From the NCBI GenBank assembly GCA_036229005.1, contig JAZAMN010000052.1:64001-128000 (forward strand): 64,000 nucleotides of DNA, given 5' to 3'. The translations under genes were made by a program, and so were the position numbers. The stretch is from Myxococcota bacterium (GTDB lineage: Bacteria; Myxococcota_A; UBA796; CAJQPC01). This document shows positions 1 to 9,938 of this stretch, piece after piece. Every line of letters begins with the position of its first letter. The first letter of the stretch is position 1. The notes beneath the pieces were generated by a model. The model was not told where the DNA came from. It saw only the letters and a list, made by a program, of their open reading frames with translations, and searched no databases.

Positions 1-254
1 GCGGGGCGGCGGACGAGATCTACCTGCTCAAGCAGAACCGGGTGACCTCGCTTGCGTACGAGCGTCTCAAGATCCCCGTGCCGCTGGCGATGGGCAGACG
101 GGGAACCCCGATCCCCCGAAAGGTCCCGCTCCGCGCCTTCATCTCCCCCCTCTTCCACCCGCCCGAGCTGGACGAGGAGAACTTCGAGGCCCAGGTCACT
201 GCATTCCACACCACCCTGGTCTCTGAGATGCAGGCCCTCATGCAGAAGCGCTAG
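1..254 (+). CDS. Lysophospholipid/glycerol acyltransferase family protein, C-terminal part (5' truncated by window)
   Basis: Frame open from the window edge: GAADEIYLL...KIPVPLAMG..GTPIPRKVPLRAFISPLFHPP, resembling the C-terminus of PlsC/DGAT-like acyltransferases. Confidence 0.55.
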   Translation, partial: GAADEIYLLKQNRVTSLAYERLKIPVPLAMGRRGTPIPRKVPLRAFISPLFHPPELDEENFEAQVTAFHTTLVSEMQALMQKR

Positions 255-293
255 GCATCGGCGAGGTCAGGCGCAGGCAGCCGGACTGCGAGG

Positions 294-1349
294 TCAGGCG
301 GCCGACTGCTGCTCCACCAGGGTGATGGCCTTGTCCAGCAGGGCGATGGGGTCCGGGACCGCCTCGGGGAACTGCTTGAGCGTGTCCAGAGCGGACTGGG
401 CGCTGAGGCCTCGGGACGCGAAGCTGGCGCCGTGGGCGGCGACGTCCGCGCAGTGCACCATGTCCGCGATCGGCGAGCCGCCGCCGTGGTGCTGGGCGAT
501 GGCCTCCGCGGGCCCCTCCAGGCCCCAGGAGTTGGCCACCATGGCGCCGAAGCCCGCGTGGGTGCGGTCGATCAAGGTGCGCAGGATGGGCGAAGAGCTG
601 GGCACGCGCAGCTCGCTGGCCTGGCGGCACACCAGGAGCTTGCCGGAGTCGTGGAGCAGCCCGGCCAACCAGGCGTCCCCCGCGAGCCTGGTGGGCGCGA
701 GCCACTCGGCCAGGTCAGCCACCTGGGAGCCGTGCTTGCGCAGGTAGAGGACCTCCTCTTCGTAGCCGGAGATGCGGAACAGGGCCTCGTCCAGGGCCAC
801 GTACATCGCGATCTTCCAGAGCTGCTGGTGGCCCAGGCGGATGATGCCGGCCTGGAGTGTGGGGGGCCGCTTCCCGCCGTGGGCGACGCTGCTGGAGACC
901 CGCCAGATCTCCTCGGCCAGGCCCGGGTCGCTGCGTACCAGCCGGGACACCTCCGCGGAGTCCACCCGGTCGGAGTCCAGGAGCCGACGTAGCTCGATCA
1001 CCGTGTCAGGGAATGGGGGCAGCCCCAGGTCACCCAGCTCCAGGCTGGCCATCAGCGCCGCGACCAGGTCGCGCTCGCCGGGGGCGCACTCTTCGTGGAT
1101 CGAGGCCAGAGTGACCACGAGCCCCGCGCGGACGGCGTCGGTCTCCACGCTGGGGGCCGAGCGGCCCCGGACCCAGTTGGGATCTTCGGGGGTGCCCATG
1201 AAGGCGTCCAGCTCCGGGCTGGGGACGTGCGCCCTCCGGACCACCTGCAGGTCGGGCGCAGCGGCGGAGGGAGCGCTCCGCGGAGATTGGGCGGCGGAGG
1301 CGGATCCAGCGCCATTGCTGGAGCCAAAGAGATCGTTGAGCCAAGACAT
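294..1349 (-). CDS. HDOD domain signal-transduction protein
   Basis: LPPFPDTVIEL..DPGLAEEIWRVSSS..IIRLG..AGLLHDSGKLL motifs; start taken at MSWLNDLFG (ATG 1349). Confidence 0.85.
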   Translation of the reverse strand: MSWLNDLFGSSNGAGSASAAQSPRSAPSAAAPDLQVVRRAHVPSPELDAFMGTPEDPNWVRGRSAPSVETDAVRAGLVVTLASIHEECAPGERDLVAALMASLELGDLGLPPFPDTVIELRRLLDSDRVDSAEVSRLVRSDPGLAEEIWRVSSSVAHGGKRPPTLQAGIIRLGHQQLWKIAMYVALDEALFRISGYEEEVLYLRKHGSQVADLAEWLAPTRLAGDAWLAGLLHDSGKLLVCRQASELRVPSSSPILRTLIDRTHAGFGAMVANSWGLEGPAEAIAQHHGGGSPIADMVHCADVAAHGASFASRGLSAQSALDTLKQFPEAVPDPIALLDKAITLVEQQSAA

Positions 1350-1503
1350 CGGGGAACCTTCCAGGCGGTTGTCCCCTTGTACGGCTCTCGCCCGCTCCAG
1401 CCTGAGCAAAATGAAAGAGTTCGATCTCCGTCGGCTCCGGGCAGATCTCCCCGCGGCGATGGGGGATGATAGGAATCGAGCTGCGCGTTTGGAGGTGGCC
1501 CAC

Positions 1504-2529
1504 ATGCTGTTCTGGATCCTGAGTGCCTGCATCTTCCACAAGGCCGACCGCATGACCCTGACCCAGGTCAGCCCGGCGGTCCTGCAGACCCCCGACATCT
1601 CGATGGCCTGCACCCTGGGCGAGGCGAGCTGGGCCCTGCTCCCAGCCATCGAGGACGAGAAGCTGCGCCGCAGCGCGACCTTCTCGGGCATCTCCGCGGC
1701 CATGTGCTCGGACATCCGCACCTGGGAGCTGGAGCTGGAGCGGCGCCAGGCGCTCTACCTGGCCAGCCAGTCCGCGGAGCCGGAGATCTGGTCCACGCGG
1801 GCCAGCGACATCGCCCTGCGGGAGCAGCGCGCCCACGTCGAGGCCGCCCGGCGCCACCTGCGCATCTTCGAGTCGCTGGAGGCCGAGTACGGCCCCGTCG
1901 GAGAGGCCTGCCCCGACCTCGCTGATGAAGAGCAGCTCCTCTACCTGATGGGCTTGGCCTCGGGATCCCTGGCGGTGCTCCACGATGGCGCCGCAGACCA
2001 CGCCCTCGACGTCAACCAGGGCATCGCCCGGGCGGTGGAGCGGGGCGCGGCCTGCCTGGACTCCACGGCGCTCAATGGCGTCCCGATGGCCTTGCGCGCC
2101 TCGGTCTGGACCGCGGTCCCGGGCGCTGGTCCCCAGGACGCCGACCCCTGGACCGAGCTGGAGACCGCCGCGCTGCAGGGCGACTCCCAGGGCGTGTGGC
2201 TGGCCCGGGCGCTGCAGGCCCAGGCCGCCAACGCCGCCGGGAACGAGGACGCGCTCAACGCCGCGTTCGCCGGGCACCTGACCGCCATGGAGGCCGGCGG
2301 GGACCCCGCCTACGGCCTGCTCAACGACTACGCCCACCGCATGATCCGCCACGAGTCCGACCGCATCTGGATGGACGCCGCCGGCACCCGCACCCCCAGC
2401 GGTCGCCTGGGGGAGCGCCCCGGCGCCGAGCTGGACGTGGACTTTGACCTGGACGCCTTCTTTGGCGAGGATGCGGCCCCTGAGTCCGCGCCCGCCGAGG
2501 ACCCCACCCCCTCTGAGGAGACCGAATGA
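1504..2529 (+). CDS. Helical lipoprotein, possible TatT-like partner of the downstream solute-binding protein
   Basis: GGAGG RBS, MLFWILSAC lipobox, alpha-helical composition, ATGA overlap with the next gene. Confidence 0.6.
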   Translation: MLFWILSACIFHKADRMTLTQVSPAVLQTPDISMACTLGEASWALLPAIEDEKLRRSATFSGISAAMCSDIRTWELELERRQALYLASQSAEPEIWSTRASDIALREQRAHVEAARRHLRIFESLEAEYGPVGEACPDLADEEQLLYLMGLASGSLAVLHDGAADHALDVNQGIARAVERGAACLDSTALNGVPMALRASVWTAVPGAGPQDADPWTELETAALQGDSQGVWLARALQAQAANAAGNEDALNAAFAGHLTAMEAGGDPAYGLLNDYAHRMIRHESDRIWMDAAGTRTPSGRLGERPGAELDVDFDLDAFFGEDAAPESAPAEDPTPSEETE

Positions 2530-3509
2530 ACCGTCGCACCCTGCTCCGCACCGCCGCCGGTGCCCTCCTGTTGGCCGCTGGCCTGAGCGTCGCCGCCCCC
2601 GCGGTCCAGGCCCAGGACGGCAAGACCCTGTGCGTCTACGACCCCAGCGGCAAGAACGGCGACGCCTACAAGCAGGCCACCCGCTACCAGACCTTCGCGG
2701 CCGGCAAGGGCGTGAAGTTCAACCTCAAGCCCTACACCGACGAGGCCATCGCCGCGCAGGACTTCGCCAACGGCCAGTGCGACGCCGCGCTGCTCACCGG
2801 CGTGCGCGCCCAGAAGTTCTCCAAGGCCAGCTACTCGGTCGAGGCCCTGGGCCTGCTCCAGTCCTACGACGACCTGGGCAACGCCATCAAGGTGCTGGCC
2901 AAGGAGCGCGCCGCCAACCTGATGGTCTCCGGTGACTACGAGGTCGCGGGCATCTTCCCCGCCGGCGCCGTGTACCTGTACGTGCGCGACAAGGGCGTCA
3001 CCGACGTGCGCGCCCTGGCCGGCAAGAAGGTCGCCACCATCTCCTTCGACGACGCCGCCATGCACATGGTGCGCACCGCCGGCGCCACCCCCGTGCCCGC
3101 GGACATCGGCACCTTCGCCAGCCTCTTCAACGAGGGCGGCGTGGACGTCTGCTACGCGCCGGCCACCGCCTACAACCCCCTGGAGCTGCACCGCGGCATC
3201 GGCAGCACCGGCGGCGTAATCCGCTACCCGGTGACCCAGTTGACCCTGCAGATCCTGGTCCGCAAGGACGCCTTCCCCGAAGGCTTCGGCCAGCAGTCCC
3301 GCGAGTGGGGCGCCGCCCAGTACGGCTCCATGCTCTCGGTGGTCAAGAAGGGCGAGGCCAGCGTGAAGGCCGAGCACTGGATCGACCTGCCCCAGGAGGA
3401 CCACCAGCGCTACCGCGACCTGCTGGGCAAGGTGCGCGGCGAGCTCACCGCCAAGGGCCAGTACGACCCCACCGTGGTCGCTCTGCTGGAGCAGATGACC
3501 GGCCAGTAG
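2526..3509 (+). CDS. Putative solute-binding protein (DUF6091/AdeT-like, TRAP DctP-like fold), Tat-exported
   Basis: NRRTLL twin-Arg signal; LCVYDPSG, YEVAGIFPAGAVYLYVRD, FNEGGVDVCYAPA, LELHRGIG motifs. Confidence 0.8.
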   Translation: MNRRTLLRTAAGALLLAAGLSVAAPAVQAQDGKTLCVYDPSGKNGDAYKQATRYQTFAAGKGVKFNLKPYTDEAIAAQDFANGQCDAALLTGVRAQKFSKASYSVEALGLLQSYDDLGNAIKVLAKERAANLMVSGDYEVAGIFPAGAVYLYVRDKGVTDVRALAGKKVATISFDDAAMHMVRTAGATPVPADIGTFASLFNEGGVDVCYAPATAYNPLELHRGIGSTGGVIRYPVTQLTLQILVRKDAFPEGFGQQSREWGAAQYGSMLSVVKKGEASVKAEHWIDLPQEDHQRYRDLLGKVRGELTAKGQYDPTVVALLEQMTGQ

Positions 3510-3581
3510 GGCCCGTCCGCGCTGCAATTGCTTCTGTTCCCCCGGATCCGATCCGATCGGCCGGGGGAGCCAGGAGGTTCC

Positions 3582-4142
3582 ATGGCCAGCGCAGCGAAGG
3601 GGCTGCCTCACGCAGCCCATCATGACGAGGCGGATCGAGCCGAGTTCAGCGAGCCCGAGGTCGGGTACGTCGAGCCCTTGATCCCCCGCCGTAGGCCAGG
3701 GCTGGCCTGGCGCCCCTCGGACCGACGCGGGGGCAGACCCAACGCGATGGAGCTCACAAGGCACCACCAGCCTGTACCTGAAGAGCAGCCTCAAGAGCTC
3801 CCGGCCCCCACCGAGCCGCTCCCCCTCGACGCACACAGGCGCGCACTCCAGCAGGGCCCCGAGGACAGCTTCCAGGCGGAGTTCATGCAGCTCGTCCCGC
3901 AGGCCTGTCTTGAGGACCCTGAGCGCGCCGCGCACGTCCTGGCAGGCCTCCACGCCCTCTACCTGTCCGAGACCGGGCGGTGGACGGAGAGCGAGCGCCA
4001 CGCGCTGTTGGACCGCAGCCTGGGTGAGCTGCTCCTGGGCATGCCCGCTCTGCCCTTCCCCGACCTCCACCGGCTGTGGTGGGCGGGGCTACAGCGGGTG
4101 CGGAGCTGCCTCAAGCGGCGGGAGTGGATTCAGCGCCAGTAG
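3582..4142 (+). CDS. Hypothetical protein
   Basis: AGGAGG RBS before ATG 3582; fills the gap between genes; no recognised motif. Confidence 0.5.
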   Translation: MASAAKGLPHAAHHDEADRAEFSEPEVGYVEPLIPRRRPGLAWRPSDRRGGRPNAMELTRHHQPVPEEQPQELPAPTEPLPLDAHRRALQQGPEDSFQAEFMQLVPQACLEDPERAAHVLAGLHALYLSETGRWTESERHALLDRSLGELLLGMPALPFPDLHRLWWAGLQRVRSCLKRREWIQRQ

Positions 4143-4894
4143 GCCTGACGCTGCGCCAGGAGCCAGGCCTCCAGGGCAGGCTCATCGGGGGCGTGGGTCG
4201 GCAGCGGACTGTCCTCGACTGCGGAGACCAGCTCCTGCTCGAGCCTGGGCCAGTCGGCCATCGCGGCGGTGTGGAGGGCATCCGGTAGCAGGACCTTCTC
4301 CCCTCCCCCCTCCTTGAAGGCGACCAGCTCGGGGACCAGGCTGTACCCGGCCTCAACAGCCAGCGGGCGCACGTCGGTCACCAGCTCGCCTGTGCGGAGG
4401 AGGTGGAGGCCGGTGAGCGCCACGCGGTAGGCGTAGAGGGCGGACTTGGCGCGCGGACGCAGCAGGTGCTCGCGCTGGCAGCCCTTGAAGAAGCCCCGGT
4501 AGTGCCGCAAGAAGCCCCGGTGCTGGTTGGCTTGGGCCAGCGCCTGCAGCTCGGAGACCTGCGGCGAGTCCACCAGCTGGATGGGCGAGAGCACCCGCTC
4601 CAGCATGTTGCCGTTGCCCTTGACCAGCAGCTGCAGGCCGACCCCGAGCTCCTGGGTAGTGAGGTCGCACTCCACGCCCTCGAAGTCCATGAGGCGGTCG
4701 TGGGCAGGCGCGTGGGGGCGGAGGCCGACCAGGCGCTCGGTGGGGAGCTGGTGCAGCCCCTTGAGGTCAATATCGGAATCCAGGGAGGGAAATCCGTAGA
4801 TGTGGGAGCCGGTCACCGCGCACAGCAGCAGCCGCCCGGGGGGCCCGTGGGCCTCCAGGAAACGCAGGGCCAGGGCCTTGTCCAGGGTCAGCAT
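4130..4894 (-). CDS. Pol-beta superfamily nucleotidyltransferase (RlaP/YcgL-like)
   Basis: GSHIYGFPSLDSDIDLKG (GS..DxD), KGNGNMLE, LYAYRVALTGLHLLRTGE. Confidence 0.85.
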   Translation of the reverse strand: MLTLDKALALRFLEAHGPPGRLLLCAVTGSHIYGFPSLDSDIDLKGLHQLPTERLVGLRPHAPAHDRLMDFEGVECDLTTQELGVGLQLLVKGNGNMLERVLSPIQLVDSPQVSELQALAQANQHRGFLRHYRGFFKGCQREHLLRPRAKSALYAYRVALTGLHLLRTGELVTDVRPLAVEAGYSLVPELVAFKEGGGEKVLLPDALHTAAMADWPRLEQELVSAVEDSPLPTHAPDEPALEAWLLAQRQAYWR

Positions 4895-4897
4895 CGT

Positions 4898-6022
4898 CTA
4901 CTCCAGTCGCCCCGAGTCCAGGGCAGCGCGGGTCAGCCCCACGCACAGGTCTTCCACCTTCTGCCGGTCGGGCTTGGGGGGCACGACCGCCTCGATTCCG
5001 TTCAGCTCCTGCCGGGCCTGGTCCGCCCACTCCAGCAGGCGCTCGTAGCTCCAGGCGCCGCCGCGGATGGCCAGCAGCTCGTCGGCGTCCCGGTCCCCGC
5101 GCCAGACATGCAGGGTGCCCTCGCGCAGGATCTCCTGCCCCATGCGCATCAGGCGGACCAGGTGGGCGCCGTGCTTGGTGTCGTAGCCGAATCGGGCCTC
5201 CAGCTCGGCGCGCTGGGGGTTCCGGTTCCGCTTCCAGGCCTGGTAGCGCTTCCACTCGCCCCGGGCGCTGCGCCAGCGCCGCTCCAGCTTCATCAGCTCC
5301 ATCAGGTGGGTGTCCACGCCGATCCAGCGACCCGCCGCCTCCCAGCGGGCCTCCTCCGACGCGAGCTTCCACTGCGCCAGGGTCTGCTCCAGCTGGGTCT
5401 GGAGGGAGAGGCGCGTGGCTGGCTCCAGGTCGGTCAGGTCCACCTCCCAGGACTCCAGCTGCTTCCGCACCTCGCTCTCCGCCGCCCGCAGCGCATCCGA
5501 GGACACCCGTTCCCGCTCCGGCAAGCCGAACTCCGCCCGGGTAGGCGCCCGCTCCGGACCCTGGTGGTGCCAGCGGTGGTGGAGCTGGATCCGCGAGAGC
5601 TGACGCGCCGCGTAGCCGCCGAAGGTCTGCCGGCAGCGCTCCGACAGGAAGAGGGTCGCCGACTCACGCAGGCGCGCCCCCAGCTCCGTCTGCACCAGCA
5701 GCTCGGACTCCCGGGTGAACAGCAGCTCCAGCACCGAGGGGTTCCCCGACTCGGCCAGGCGCAGCAGCTTGTCCAGCGCGTAGACCGTGCCCTCCAGCTT
5801 GGTGTCCTGGGAGGCAGCGGCGAGCTGGCGCGGGAGCACGCCCCGATACACCGCCAGGGCCTCCGGGTCGTTCTCCTGCTCGAAGCGCTCGTGTACGCCC
5901 AGCAGCGCTCGGGCCGTCGGCAGCGCCACTCCCAGCAGGTCCACGTCGGACTCCGGGCTGTGGGTCCCGTGGGCGCGGGACCCAGCCAGGGCCAGGAGCA
6001 GGGTACGGTCGTGCAGGGTCAT
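4898..6022 (-). CDS. Pol-beta superfamily nucleotidyltransferase (RlaP-like, long form)
   Basis: GSRAHGTHSPESDVDLLG, GNPSVLELLF, TFGGYA, RNPQRAELEARFGYDTKHGAHLVRL, LLAIRGG. Confidence 0.88.
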   Translation of the reverse strand: MTLHDRTLLLALAGSRAHGTHSPESDVDLLGVALPTARALLGVHERFEQENDPEALAVYRGVLPRQLAAASQDTKLEGTVYALDKLLRLAESGNPSVLELLFTRESELLVQTELGARLRESATLFLSERCRQTFGGYAARQLSRIQLHHRWHHQGPERAPTRAEFGLPERERVSSDALRAAESEVRKQLESWEVDLTDLEPATRLSLQTQLEQTLAQWKLASEEARWEAAGRWIGVDTHLMELMKLERRWRSARGEWKRYQAWKRNRNPQRAELEARFGYDTKHGAHLVRLMRMGQEILREGTLHVWRGDRDADELLAIRGGAWSYERLLEWADQARQELNGIEAVVPPKPDRQKVEDLCVGLTRAALDSGRLE

Positions 6023-6076
6023 GGGGGGTTCCGGTCGAGCCGGCAAGGCTATCCACGCTCGCCAGCGCGCCAAGGC

Positions 6077-6556
6077 TCAGCCCTGAACCTGCCCCTCCAC
6101 CCACTCCTTGAGCGCCTCCGCGTGCGCCTCGAACCCGGCCTGCACCTGCGCCAGGGGCAGCGCGCTGGTGAGCAGCCCCCGGAAGACCTCGACCGAGCTG
6201 TAGCGGCAGCCCCCATCCTCCAGCACCTGCACCCGCTGCACCCGCTTGGCCCGCACCAGCCCCAGCGCGTGCATGGGCCCCGTGAAGCGGTAGCTCAGCT
6301 CCCCACCCTGGGTCTCCGTGGGGGGAGAGAAGGCCGTGATGCGCTCGCCGCTGCGCTGGGATCCCTCCCCACCCACCCACTCCACGTGCAGCACCAAGGG
6401 GTCCCCGATCTCTGGCGCCGGCGAGGACAGGCGATCCGTCTCCACATGGACGATGAAGGGGTTCCACTCCCCGTAGCGCTCGAAGTCCACCATGGCGGCC
6501 CACACCACCTGCGCGGGGGCCTCGATGTCGATCTGGACCTGCGCCGAAACCGGCAT
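6077..6556 (-). CDS. SRPBCC (polyketide cyclase/START-like) family protein
   Basis: IDIEAPAQVVWAAMVDFERYGEWNPF; C-terminal helix GFEAHAEALKEWVE. Confidence 0.85.
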   Translation of the reverse strand: MPVSAQVQIDIEAPAQVVWAAMVDFERYGEWNPFIVHVETDRLSSPAPEIGDPLVLHVEWVGGEGSQRSGERITAFSPPTETQGGELSYRFTGPMHALGLVRAKRVQRVQVLEDGGCRYSSVEVFRGLLTSALPLAQVQAGFEAHAEALKEWVEGQVQG

Positions 6557-6570
6557 TCAACCTCCCGTAC

Positions 6571-7056
6571 TCAGGGCGTACCCGGCTTGCGCCGGCCCCC
6601 CTTCATCGCCACCCAGCCCATCCCCACGAAGCTCCCCAGGATGCACCAGGCCAGCCCCGGGCTGGTGAGCTTGACGCTGGACACCGCGATCATCGGCGTC
6701 AGGGCCCCGGTCTCGGGCAGCAACGCCCGCACCCGCGCGAAGGCCAGCGCCAGCCCCACCCCAAAGAGCACAAAGGGCAGGCCCAGCAGCACCGCCGCCC
6801 GCAGGGGATCCGCCGGCCGGTTCCCCACCACGTGCGCAGCCGCAAGCAGCACACCCCCCAGCAGCCCTGGCGCCAGCGCGGCGGCCGAGTGCCGCAGCTT
6901 GAAGGCCACCAGCTCCCCGGGCGCGTTGACCACCACCCGCTGGCCCTCCAGCAGCGCTGTGAGCAAGGGCTCCCAGACGAACCAGGAGCCCACCGCACAC
7001 AGCAGCGCCAGGCCCCCTCCCAAGCCCAGCTCCATCAGCAGGCGGCGCTTGTTCAA
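6571..7056 (-). CDS. Hypothetical membrane protein (~4 TM)
   Basis: Four hydrophobic segments; TTG start overlaps the DUF1501 gene stop (TTGA). Confidence 0.6.
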   Translation of the reverse strand: MNKRRLLMELGLGGGLALLCAVGSWFVWEPLLTALLEGQRVVVNAPGELVAFKLRHSAAALAPGLLGGVLLAAAHVVGNRPADPLRAAVLLGLPFVLFGVGLALAFARVRALLPETGALTPMIAVSSVKLTSPGLAWCILGSFVGMGWVAMKGGRRKPGTP

Positions 7057-8312
7057 CCCAGCAGCCCCTCCACCACCTGCACGCCCGGGTGCACCTCGCC
7101 GGGGTCGATGTCCAGCATGGCCAGCAGGGTGGCGCTGAGGTTGGCGGCCTGGATCTCCTGACCGGAGACCTTGTCGATCTCGCCGCTGCCGAAGTCGATC
7201 AGCTTGCCCATGCCGTAGCTGTCCAGGCCCCCCACCGAGCGGCCCTGGGCGATGCCCGGCCCCACGAGCAGCAGGCTGGTGAAGGGCCAGTGGTCCTTGC
7301 CCTGGGCCTCGTTGAGCTGGGGGGTGCGGCCCATCTCGGACATCACCACCACCAGGGTCTCCTGGGCCAGGGTCTGCTCGACCTCGCCGGGGACGCTGCC
7401 CAGGCGGTCCATGAGCTCGGAGAGCCCGGAGAACAGCGCCTGGAAGTTCTCGGACTGGATGCGGTCGTTGTCCGAGTGGCTGTCCCAGCCGCTGCTGGCG
7501 CCGGTGAAGCTCAGGGTCACGCAGCGCGAGATGCCCAGCGACAGCGCGTCCACCGCCATGCGGGACTGGCTGGACAGGTCTCCGCCGGCTCCCCAGTCCA
7601 TGACGTGCAGCAGGTCCTCCAGGGCCGAAGAGCGGTCCAGCGCGGCCCCGTAGGCGGCCATCAGCTCCTGCTGGCGACCAGGCGCCGCGGCCAGCTCAGC
7701 GGCCGCCGCCCGGGAGCGCAGGTAGCGGTCCATCACCGCCTCGGCCTGGCTGTGGGGCGGCTGCGCGGGCATCTCCCCCCAGGTCACGATGTCCCCGGAC
7801 AGCAGGCCCTCGAGCTGGCCCGAGCTGCCGGCGCGGGTCACCGCGGCCCCCATCTGACCGGGGAAGCTGGGCCCGCCAACCACCAGGTGCGGCAGAGGGT
7901 AGTCGGCCAGCGCGTGCCCAGCGGCCACCGCGGCGAAGTCCGGCGCCCCGTCCGCCGAGCTGCCGGTCAGCGACAGACGCAGGCAGTTCTCGTGGGCCAC
8001 CGACGGCATCAGCACGCCGTTGACGATCAGCGCCCGCTGGGCGTGGCGCTCCATGAAGCTGCTCACCCCCGGGCGGTCGGGGTGCTCCACGAAGCTCAGG
8101 TCACCGATGACCGCCTCGCCCGCCTGCCGCTCCATGTCCACGGCCCGGTTGTCGAACTCCGCCGACAGCACCCGCGTGGGGTCCCAGCCGCCGTAGTTGT
8201 AGACCAGCACCAGCTTGCGGTGGCCGCTGGCCGCCCGCGCGATGCCCGGCAGCAAGCCCGCCGTCAGCCCCATGGCCCCCAGGCCCCCAGCCAGCGCTCG
8301 TCGTGTCCACAT
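7053..8312 (-). CDS. DUF1501 domain protein, Tat-exported
   Basis: TRRAL twin-Arg; GGWDPT, GWDSHSDN, VVMSEMGRTPQLN..GKDHWP. Confidence 0.88.
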   Translation of the reverse strand: MWTRRALAGGLGAMGLTAGLLPGIARAASGHRKLVLVYNYGGWDPTRVLSAEFDNRAVDMERQAGEAVIGDLSFVEHPDRPGVSSFMERHAQRALIVNGVLMPSVAHENCLRLSLTGSSADGAPDFAAVAAGHALADYPLPHLVVGGPSFPGQMGAAVTRAGSSGQLEGLLSGDIVTWGEMPAQPPHSQAEAVMDRYLRSRAAAAELAAAPGRQQELMAAYGAALDRSSALEDLLHVMDWGAGGDLSSQSRMAVDALSLGISRCVTLSFTGASSGWDSHSDNDRIQSENFQALFSGLSELMDRLGSVPGEVEQTLAQETLVVVMSEMGRTPQLNEAQGKDHWPFTSLLLVGPGIAQGRSVGGLDSYGMGKLIDFGSGEIDKVSGQEIQAANLSATLLAMLDIDPGEVHPGVQVVEGLLG

Positions 8313-8321
8313 GCCGGCCTC

Positions 8322-9938
8322 CTAGTAGGTCACAAAGTCAGGGTCGCGGAGCAGCACCGAGAGCAGGCCCGCCCAGGCCGCCTCCGGGCTGCCCTCGATG
8401 GCGTACAGGGCCTCCCAGAGCTCCAGGTTGGCCTGGACCTCCGGGCCGTCGGCCTGAACCGGGTGCGCGAAGAGCCGCAGGTGCAGGTGCTGGATCTGCG
8501 CCACCATCGCCTCGCGCCCGGTCTCCGGGGTCTCCCCCAGGGTCACGTGCACAAAGAGCTCGGGCGCCTGGGCCCCGCTGTCCCGCTGCACCGCGTTCCA
8601 GGCGGCCGCCTGCGCCAGCCGCTCCTGCACCAGCACCATGGTCGTGGTGGGCTCGGTCGCCGGCGAGGTCACGAAGTTCCCATCCACGCCCCCCGCCAGG
8701 GTGCGCAGGCCGCGGGTGTCCGTCCGCATCATGTCGTAGCCGTCGTCCACAAAGCGGAAGCCCGTGATGTCCTCGATCGCGCTGGCGAGCTGGTCCGTCC
8801 CCAGCAGCCGCGGCCCCACATCGCCCTGGGGCGCCGCCCGGTAGGCGTCCGACTCCACCACCGCCTGGAACAGCGGCCGCAGGGTGAGCCCACTGCCCAG
8901 GAAAACCTCCCGCAGATCGGAGAGCGCCTGGGTGTCCTGCAGCTCCGGCTCGCGCTGCACGAGCCCGGTGAACACCTGCTCCACCCCGCAGCTCACAAAG
9001 CGCGGGTCCGCCGCCAGCATCTGCCCCAGCTCCTCCAGGCCTCCGCTGCCGGGCTCGCCGTAGTAGCCCGGCGCGACCTTCGTCTCGGTGGTCCAGAGCC
9101 GCTCGCGCTCGGCGTGGTAGACGCTGATGTCCGTCGCCGAGTTGTAGTCCCGGAAGTAGAAGCCCCACAGGTAGCTGGCCAGGGGGTCCAGGCTGTGGTG
9201 GCAGGCCACGCAGCCCGGGTTGTTGGCCAGCGCGTCGTTGACCGCGTCCGCGTCCAGCAGGTTCACGTTGCGCTCGAACTCGATGGGCTTGGACAGGTAG
9301 TCCGTGCACAGCAGCGTCTTGGACACCGCGTTGGCCCGACCGCGGTTCGCGTTGGACGCGTTCGACATGTAGCGCCACCAGAAGCTGTTGGTGCCCAGGA
9401 TCCCCGCCGCCGGCCGCCCGTCCGTGTACTGCGCCACCTGGAAGCCCTCGCCCTCCTGGCGCTCCAGGTCCCAGATCTCAGCCATCAACGGCGTGGCCAT
9501 CGTCCAGTCTCCGCGCACGATCTCCGTGTAGGGCAGGTCCTCGGTGGCCACCCGCGAGAGGATCCACAGGGTCTCCTCGCCTACGTCTGCGGCAAGCTGC
9601 GGCTGCAGCGCAGCGTCCAGCCCATAGTCGCTCGTGTCCACCGTCCAGCCGTCCTGCCGGGTGAGCAGCGCCTGGGCGTAGATCGAGCGCACCCGCTCCC
9701 CAAAGCGGGGGTCCTGGAGCATCTCCTGCACCAAGGGCTCCAGGGCGTCCGGATCCGCCTGCACCCGCATGACCTCGTCGACGGAAGGTCTGGTACCGCG
9801 CAAGTCCAGGGAGATGCGGGAGAGGAGGGCCAGGGTGTCCAGAGGCTGCAGGTCCACCTCTTCAACCCCCGCAGCCCCCGACACCGGCTCAGACTCCGGC
9901 CCGCAGGCGAGGACAACAGCGAGCAGACTCAACGCCAT
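8322..9938 (-). CDS. DUF1549/DUF1585/DUF1588-like c-type heme lipoprotein (DUF1501 partner)
   Basis: Lipobox VLAC; RISLDLRGTRPS; NRGRAN..LLC; CVACH heme motif; RDPDFVTY C-terminus. Confidence 0.75.
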   Translation of the reverse strand: MALSLLAVVLACGPESEPVSGAAGVEEVDLQPLDTLALLSRISLDLRGTRPSVDEVMRVQADPDALEPLVQEMLQDPRFGERVRSIYAQALLTRQDGWTVDTSDYGLDAALQPQLAADVGEETLWILSRVATEDLPYTEIVRGDWTMATPLMAEIWDLERQEGEGFQVAQYTDGRPAAGILGTNSFWWRYMSNASNANRGRANAVSKTLLCTDYLSKPIEFERNVNLLDADAVNDALANNPGCVACHHSLDPLASYLWGFYFRDYNSATDISVYHAERERLWTTETKVAPGYYGEPGSGGLEELGQMLAADPRFVSCGVEQVFTGLVQREPELQDTQALSDLREVFLGSGLTLRPLFQAVVESDAYRAAPQGDVGPRLLGTDQLASAIEDITGFRFVDDGYDMMRTDTRGLRTLAGGVDGNFVTSPATEPTTTMVLVQERLAQAAAWNAVQRDSGAQAPELFVHVTLGETPETGREAMVAQIQHLHLRLFAHPVQADGPEVQANLELWEALYAIEGSPEAAWAGLLSVLLRDPDFVTY

